NCBI RefSeq assembly: GCF_009914755.1
Contig: NC_060929.1
Origin: the human T2T-CHM13v2.0 reference genome, Homo sapiens
Reading direction: 5' to 3' (one strand)
DNA: 64,000 nt
Part shown: piece by piece, positions 57,455-64,000 of the stretch
How the letters are laid out: each line of letters starts with the position of its first letter
Position numbering within the stretch: the first letter of the stretch is position 1
The notes under the pieces: model-generated
Database searches by the model: none
The model's input: only the letters and a program-made list of their open reading frames with translations
Told to the model about the DNA's origin: nothing
Program-made: the position numbers and the translations under genes

Positions 57455-60010
57455 TCACCACACTGGTTTGTGAAAGGCTGTGAGTTTGTTCTTTTTATTG
57501 TGAGTTCAAAGGGGTATTATTAACAACTGGTAAAGTCTGATGCTGATGGGTTTTTACTTTGAAGTTTCCTAAATTGAACATTTTTCTGTTGAAGACCTTC
57601 TTTTTTGTGTGGTCACTGGTGAACTCATCTGCTTTTCCCACCTAACTGTAATGTCCAAGGCAGAAAATGAATTTTACAAACATTTGTCTTCTTGTATCTT
57701 GCACATGATAGGTGCTTACATATTTAAATTTGCTTGGAGCTTAAGATATTATTAGCAAAGCAGAAATAATTAATTTTATAAAAGAAATTTGTACTATAAA
57801 TCTGACACTCAAAGGATTTTTCTAGGTGGGCCAATGAGTTTACAATGTATTCCTTTAAACAAATAGTAGGCAAAACACACAGGAAGTGAACAAAAGCCTA
57901 AAAATAGTCATCTACACTGATGAGACTCTAATTTTGCACAAATTTCACGTGTCAGCCAATATAAAATTGGGACCCCACACTCTCCAGTCTCAGGTCACAC
58001 AGCAGTGTTGCAGTTGGAAGATATACCACAGAGCCCACCAGTACAGAATCCCTCTATATTAGAAACCAGGGCTGAAGGATGAGAGAAATGGGGTAAGGAC
58101 AGGAACGATCATTTGGAGCCTTTTTCCTCCACCTCAGCAGAGGCAAAAGAATTGACGAAGCAGCCATCAAACCATGAAGTCACCTCACCACGCCTTTTTT
58201 TCAGTCTTCTGACAATTTTCCAAAACAGAGGGCATGAGGCCTAAAGGTAAGCCTACTTTACAGATGTGGACCAGAAGTGAATAATACAGTTAATAGGAAC
58301 CTGCTGACCCATAAAACCAAGAGACTGTGAACCAAAAGGTGTCATGCTAATCTCATTTCTCACCAAAGTGGCTGGTTCACCTTCAAGTAGGAAAATGTTC
58401 TGATATCTGAGAAGGTCCCCTACGTAAAACACTGTGAGCTTCCTAGCTGGCTGAACTGCCCCCCAGACACAGTAGTCTTAACACATTTGGAGAGAAATAC
58501 AAAGGCAAAACTCCTAGGCCGAGGCCAGCTATACTCCGGCTACACCACCCTCCCTGCCATCAGTGGTCTGCCAAGGAAATGAGTAGTGGTACAGAGAATG
58601 TGCAGCATGATCAACATCCAGCATTCTGTCTCAAGTGCTTATGGAGTTAACTGGGAGGTGCCCAGGTCAATATAGAGGAAGTCAAGGAGAATCTACATAG
58701 CCATATTATTTTTGAGCAGTTAGAAGTCCCCGATAAAATTGCCTGAGTGAGCCAGAAAAAAAAATCTGTTCATAAACAAAAAAGATTTTATATCAGAAAT
58801 AGAAAAAGGAATGTAACTTGTAAAATATAAATGGAGTAGATATATAGAGTTACTCTTCCAGAAGACAGGAGAAAATTTTATACTGAAGCTGCTTTATACT
58901 GTCAAGGAATTTGATAAGACATGGACTTAATGAAATAAGAAGACAATAGAATAATAAAATGAAAAGACAGCTGACAGCTAAGGAGAGGAAGAGAAATAAT
59001 GATGTTATAGAATGTAAATGAATTTATAACTGCAGAATGCAAAATAGACACTGAACATAATTGGAGCAGACACAAAAAACTTCAGAAAAATCCACAAAAG
59101 GTGAGAGAAAGAATAGATGATTAAAAACACACTTTCTCATCTGAAAAATATAATGCCCATTTTATTGCGGGGTGGTGAAGACTGACTGGAATAATTCACA
59201 TAACAGATGTTTCCTAGTATGTGCTTCTCAAGTGCTTGATAAACTTTAGAAATGGTGAGATGATAGAGATAATGACTCAGAAGGCAGATAATGGGGATCC
59301 AATATTGATATTGTTGATGTGGCACAGGAAAACATCAGAAAAAAATGAAATAGGATTAGAGTAGGTAACTACAGGAGGAAGTTTTTTTCATGAACTGAAG
59401 AAAGCTAGTATACTACTTTTTAGGAAAGGACATAATAGTGGCAAACACCAAAACTTAGCCCTGAAAATTAATGAATTATTGAACTTCAGCTCAGGGAGTG
59501 CCACAAGCATCCTGGTGAAGAAAAACAAGCTACTCTGAAGGAACTTCACTTCGCCAGGAGCAGTGGCAGAGTCTGTGGGCCAAGAGGAAGGGGATGGCCT
59601 GGGAGAGTCGGTCCTCAGTTGTTTTAATGTAACCGACTGCTCTTATAGATGGCTGGATTTTTTTTTACCTTTGAGGAGAGGGAGAAGAGGTAAATGTTTA
59701 GGGCTTTCTTGGCTAACCGAGATCACACAAGTATTCTGTGCATCAGAAGTTGGCATTGGTAATTTGAATATCTCTATACTGAGTGTCCAGTTATCAAGCA
59801 TAGCAGCCAGTGTATCAAGCCAGATTTCCCAGAGAGTAATAGTTAAAGTCTATGAAATAGAGCAATGACCTCTGAGGTCTAAGCGTTTTGACAGACTTCT
59901 TTTATACAGATACTCTGCACAGAAAATATATTTATGGTACTAGAAAACAAAACAAATAAGATGGCTATTATAAATTTTCCCACAAGTTCCCATACCAGGC
60001 AGGAGAATGA

Positions 60011-60364
<354 letters not shown>

Positions 60365-60601
60365 TAATTTTCAAAGTTTCTTTGTATCAACTGTATACCC
60401 ATATTTGCTTATGATAAACAGCCTCTAATTAGAGAAGAGATTACAATGTCATGGCTATGCACAAGAGTTCTGTTGTTAGGACATAATAGGAAAAGCTCAT
60501 CTCAATGGAACTAAAACTTACAGACTAAAAAAAGAAAAACAGAATTTTGGCAAATGAAATATGAGGCATGTAGTATTCTGCTTCTATGGAACAAAAAAAT
60601 T

Positions 60602-61418
60602 CTTTTATTATTATGCTTTAAGTTCGGGATACATGTGCAGAATGTGCAGGTTTGTTACATAGGTATACACGTGCCATGGTGGTTTGCTGCACCCATCAAC
60701 CCACCATCTACATTAGGTATTTCTCCTAATGCTATCCCTCCCCTAGTTCCCCACCCCCTGACAAGCCCCAGTGTGTGATGTTCCCCTCCCTGTGTCCATA
60801 TGTTCTCATTGTTCAACTCCCACTTATGAGTGAGAACGTGCGGTGTTTGGTTTTCTGTTCCTGTGTTAGTTTGCTGAGAATGATGGTTTCCAGCTTCATC
60901 CGTGTCCCTGCAAAGGATGTGAACTCATCCTTTTTTATGGCTGCATAGTATTCCATGGTGTATGTGTGCCACATTTTCTTTATCCAGTCTATCATTGATG
61001 GGCATTTGAGTTGGTTCCAATCCTTTGCTATTGTGAACAGCACTGCAGTAAACATACTTATGCATGTGTCTTTATAGTAGAATGATTTATATCCTTTGGG
61101 TACATACCCAGTAATGGGATTGCTGAGTCAAATGGTATTTCTGGTTCTAGATCCTTGAGGAATTGCCACACTGTCTTCCACAATGGTTGAACTAAGTTAC
61201 ACTCCCACCAGTAGTGTAAAAAGCATTCCTATTTCTCCACATCCTCTCCAGCATCTATTGTTTCCTGACGTTTTAATGATTGCCATTCCAACTGGCGTGA
61301 GATGGTATCTCATTGTGATTTTGATTTGTATTTCTCTGATGACCAGTGATGATGAGCTTTTTTTCATGTTTGTTGACTGCATAAATGTCTTCTTTTGAGA
61401 AGTGTCTCTTCATATCCA
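60602..61418 (-). mobile_element. 5'-truncated primate L1 (L1PA7/8-like)
   Basis: ORF2 end ([17 protein letters not shown]; WIKKMWHTYTMEYY) plus 3'UTR; TSD gga(a/g)caaaaaaatt. Confidence 0.93.
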
Positions 61419-63115
61419 GGAGCAAAAAAATTATATTCCCAGCCAAGCTGCCTTTGTTTGGAAACGTAAAAAAACTCATAAATATAGAAGAATACCAGAA
61501 AAATTTACATAAATAGTTATGAGATGAAACATAATAATGAGCTCTCAAGGTAAATAGTTAATCCTTAGTACATTAAAAAAAAAAAACAGAATGGACGAAT
61601 GGGGTAATTTTGCCAATGCAGGAATGATTCAATATTAAATAATCTGTTACTATGACAGGTCACTTATTCAGAATGTTTGCGGATCTCAGATAATTGAAAT
61701 TAAGTGTTTTTGGAGTTTAGGTAATTCCAGAAGAGCAGAATAGGAACTTGAGCTAATTCCAATTATCTTGTTTAGCCTTTCAGTATGGACTAAGGAAGGA
61801 GTGGAATTTATAATATACATTCAAACAATTGCACTTCTCTGCTTTAAACCAGTGTTAACCACCAAAATATAGGAACTGTTAAGATCCATCACAACACGTG
61901 TTTTACTGGTTGGACTGCCATGGAATCCCAGTGACCCACGATTAGGGTCCACTTCCCCTAGTTTCTATTGTGCTGTTGGGCCACTTTTATGAACAACTGT
62001 TGGTGACATCAGAGAATTTTGCCCATCTCAGAATTGTCACACTGTGACAAATCCCATGGGGTAGCATTTTCTAAATGGATAATTAATTTAAAATTTTTTA
62101 TTTTGGTTATTTACATTTTTATCATTTAATGTGTGAACACATACCCAATGCTCTCTTTGCCTGGAAGATTGGTAAAAGTACAAAATCTCAAGCCTTCCCC
62201 GAGGCCTACTGAATCCTAACCTGCATTCTGACAAGATCCTCGGATGATTTTATATTCACATTAAAGTTTGAGAAGCACCATTAAGATCACTCCAGTTTCA
62301 AAACTCCAGATAATAATTCATCTTCCTGTATAATTCTTTATCACCATAAGAGCTTAAGGGAGAAAAACCCATGTGCTCTTTTCAATAGTTACTGCAAAAG
62401 CATTTGATAGAATTCTATACTCATTCCTGTGTTTTTAAATGATTGCATTGAAGTTTAAGGTTTTTTTTTGAGGGCAATTGGCATCTTTATAATAATAAAC
62501 TTTACAGTTCAGGCATTAATCTTTTTCCATTTATTAATCTGTTCCAAACTGTACCATTATAATTTTATTCCTTTATATTTAAGTTTACTCATGTATATTT
62601 TTCTGCTATTGTGAATAACATCTTTATTCTATTGTGTTGTTTATTCTTGACATGTAGAAAAGTTATCAATTTTATATTCATTTTATAACTAGTCACCAGG
62701 ATGAACTCTTAGTTCTAATAAATTTTTAGTTGATCCTCTTGAGTCATAACTACCATTGACACTTCTGATTTTTTTTTAAATCTTTAATTTTGTCAAGGAA
62801 TAGATTCACATAGCCTTAATAATATAGTAAGCTTTAAGGACTTAAAAATTATTTGAGCTTGCCTCTGCTTCTGGGGAAATGGAATGCATGTTCTTTTCCC
62901 TATTCTTCCGTAAATACAACTAAAAGCCTCCAATATTATATATAAACAAACATAACACTCTTAAAAGTGAAGAGAAAAAAGTCAGACTAAGTAGTGAACC
63001 TTGGGACCCAAGGAATGACATAGTGGTGAGTTCTTTGAGTTTTCTTTTTGTTTATATTTTTCTGACCTGGAGCTGAAGAGGCTGGCCACCCAGAAATGCC
63101 AATGGGTACAGGCTC

Positions 63116-63469
63116 TGATATGGTTTGGCTCTGTGTCCCCACCCGAATCTCATCTTGAATTGAACTTCCATAATTCCTGCATGTTGTGGGAGGGACCCAG
63201 TGGGAGATAATTTGAATCATGGGGGCGGTTTCCCCCATACTGTTCTTGTGGTAGTGAATAAGTCTCATGAGACCTGATGGTTTTATAAGGGGTTTCCACT
63301 TTTGCTTCTTTCTCATTCTCTCTTGCTGCCACCGTGTAAGAAGTGCCTTTTGCCTTCCACCATGATTGTGAGGCCTCCCCAGCCACATGGAACTGTGAGT
63401 CCATTAAACCTGTTTTTCTTCCCAGTCTCAGGTATGTCTGTATCATCAGCGTGAAAACAGATTAATACA
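63116..63469 (+). mobile_element. THE1 (C/D-like) MaLR solo LTR
   Basis: TGATATGGTTTGGCTCTGTGTCCCCACCC ... TAATACA; 5 bp TSD GGCTC. Confidence 0.92.
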
Positions 63470-63573
63470 GGCTCCAATGAAAGCCTGCTCTCTGTAGCCA
63501 AAGGACCAAGAAAGAAACAGGCTAGCAAGACAGAAATAATTTCAGACAGTAACTGCTCTACTCTAGCCAAACA

Positions 63574-63574
<1 letters not shown>

Positions 63575-63608
<34 letters not shown>
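63575..63608. repeat. (CA)n microsatellite
   Basis: Directly visible. Confidence 0.95.
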
Positions 63609-63612
<4 letters not shown>

Positions 63613-64000
63613 AAAAAAACTGTAATGCCTCCACCTAGGCAGCAAAGCCTGAATGGCGAGCCTGGACTTCCACCCTCCTGGACTGTAATAAGGCACCCAG
63701 ACTTATAGAATCTGGATCTTGTGCCCACTGAGCAGTAATGTGGCAGCCCTCCCTCTCCCTGCTAGAGTGGTGTGAGAGGAGCCAAGGCAGAGAGGCAGGA
63801 CCTTCACACCATCCAGTTGTAATGAGGTCTTTCCCCTCAGTTGGTCAATGGAGGCCACATGGGGAGTAATAAGAAGGCACCCCTACTCTCCCAGCCAGAG
63901 TGATATCAAGAGAGGTCCAGTAGGTAGCTGGACCCCCTCCCAGCAATAACGAGGAGGCCTTCCCCACCTTAGTAGTAAGGTTCCTTGGGTCCCAAGATTC

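Noticed and set aside
60554-61548. ORFs resembling L1 ORF2 (also 19603-20203)
   Set aside because: Truncated, frameshifted L1 remnants
62034-62050. Palindrome ttgtcaca-c-tgtgacaa
   Set aside because: An 8 bp arm is expected by chance in 64 kb
62987-63696. 98-133 aa minus-strand ORFs
   Set aside because: Derived from the THE1 LTR and the (CA)n tract

Overview
Human-like genomic DNA from the middle of IQGAP2 (+ strand). Twelve coding exons (inferred exons 6-17, 4657-56838) splice into one continuous frame running from the end of the CH domain through the IQGAP repeats and WW domain to the first IQ region. The complete two-exon thrombin receptor gene F2RL2/PAR3 (374 aa) is nested antisense in the 16 kb intron between 26927 and 43153. 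Introns are rich in Alu, L1, L2, MIR, MaLR/ERVL LTR and DNA-transposon remnants. The main points of interest are: (1) a ~300 bp composite templated insertion at 50810-51107, made of a direct copy of 48734-48913 joined to an inverted copy of 51885-52003 at microhomologies, which creates a 120 bp non-Alu hairpin upstream of the WW exon; (2) a candidate internal promoter and first exon (MHSLPG, 24917-24932) for a CH-less IQGAP2 converging on F2RL2; (3) F2RL2 uORFs, an alternative donor and a 3'UTR triple repeat; (4) a sense THE1 LTR with a splice donor; (5) CTCF-like sites. No prokaryotic-type system, CRISPR array or structural RNA gene was seen. Repeat subfamily names and reference-protein comparisons are from memory and were not checked against a database.
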